Positions 63,226 to 64,000 of a stretch of DNA of 64,000 bases are shown here, piece by piece (position 1 is the stretch's first letter; each line of letters begins with the position of its first letter). Source of the DNA: Antedon mediterranea (lineage: Eukaryota > Animalia > Echinodermata); assembly GCF_964355755.1 (NCBI RefSeq), contig NC_092674.1:31124001-31188000 (forward strand). Reading direction: 5' to 3'. A program made the position numbers and the translations under genes. Below the pieces are notes generated by a model. It was not told the origin of the DNA, did not search any database, and was given only the letters and a program-made list of their open reading frames with translations.

Positions 63226-64000
63226 CTAAAAAATAATAAAATATTTAAATAACTCACATGATAACTTTAGTAAATTAATCAATTATTAAGTTTTATTAAC
63301 AGGTTTGGGGGCTGGGTGTTCAATGCATTACCTGTTAGTTAGTTGTAATAATTAACCATTAGGCGCAGGAGCCCCGGATAGCGTTACGTTTGAAAACCCC
63401 AGAAAGTGGGGTTTTCAACCATTAGCGGCATGACTGATGTGAGTGATTAATGTGTTTTACGGACGGTTTCAAGGACTATCCTACCAGTGGGCTGTTCACT
63501 GGTCAAATGATTGACACTTTGTATCACCGTTTGTAACTGGAGCTGTGACGACCTTTGTAACTGGAGCTGTGACGACCTTGCAAGAATACTAGGCCAGAAT
63601 TTTTAATTGAAAAGTGCCTTGGTATTAACAATAACATGGAGATGGAAACAAATTTGTCTATCTTTCTTTCTAAAATAAATGGTCACTATAGTTTCAAACT
63701 AGGCTTAGTCCACCACATTAGTAATTACGAATCGAAACCTAAATTAAAATTGTTGGTATTCTTTGGCCGTTGTTTGATTAATTACATCTTCATGCCATGT
63801 TTTTTTTTCTCTAATGATTTGGCGATACGCTGCTATATTAATTAGGCCTACTAGCAGAGGGTTCGATGAGTTTTGAAAAGTTATGGAAATGTGGTCTAAC
63901 ATATAGCAATTCAGTTTTTTAAGGCCCTTCTTCCTTGTCCGAGCCTTTGGAAATATTAAAAAGTTATATTAATATAATATATTCTGTGTTTTCATGTTTT

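Overview
AT-rich, intron-containing animal genomic DNA. The Deu/Nin-domain SINE and the DNA-transposon repertoire suggest a marine invertebrate, possibly an echinoderm (inference). Three host genes lie in the right third: MAT2B (minus, 5 coding exons, 42767-44451), TMEM33 (plus, 7 coding exons, 50637-55082, one U12-type intron) and the last four coding exons of a Dachshund (DACH) orthologue (minus, 61153-63225). The first ~42 kb has no recognisable host gene. It holds an 8.7-kb CACTG/EnSpm-type element carrying a spliced but frameshifted SAM/SAMD3-like gene and no transposase, plus a 5-bp-TSD hAT-like element, MITEs, a SINE and minisatellites. The most unusual structures are four. (1) A 5.1-kb nested transposon between MAT2B and TMEM33: two Merlin-like copies, each with its own 8-bp TSD, sit 125 bp apart in inverted orientation inside an array of the motif found in their own TIRs. 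(2) 20-31-bp CATGGA...CATG/CTATG micro-palindromes with 7-bp TSDs that resemble P-element excision footprints. (3) TA-CAG-TA and TA-GGGCC-TA insertions caught inside repeats. (4) An array of two alternating long hairpins downstream of TMEM33. All calls were made by eye; no searches were run.
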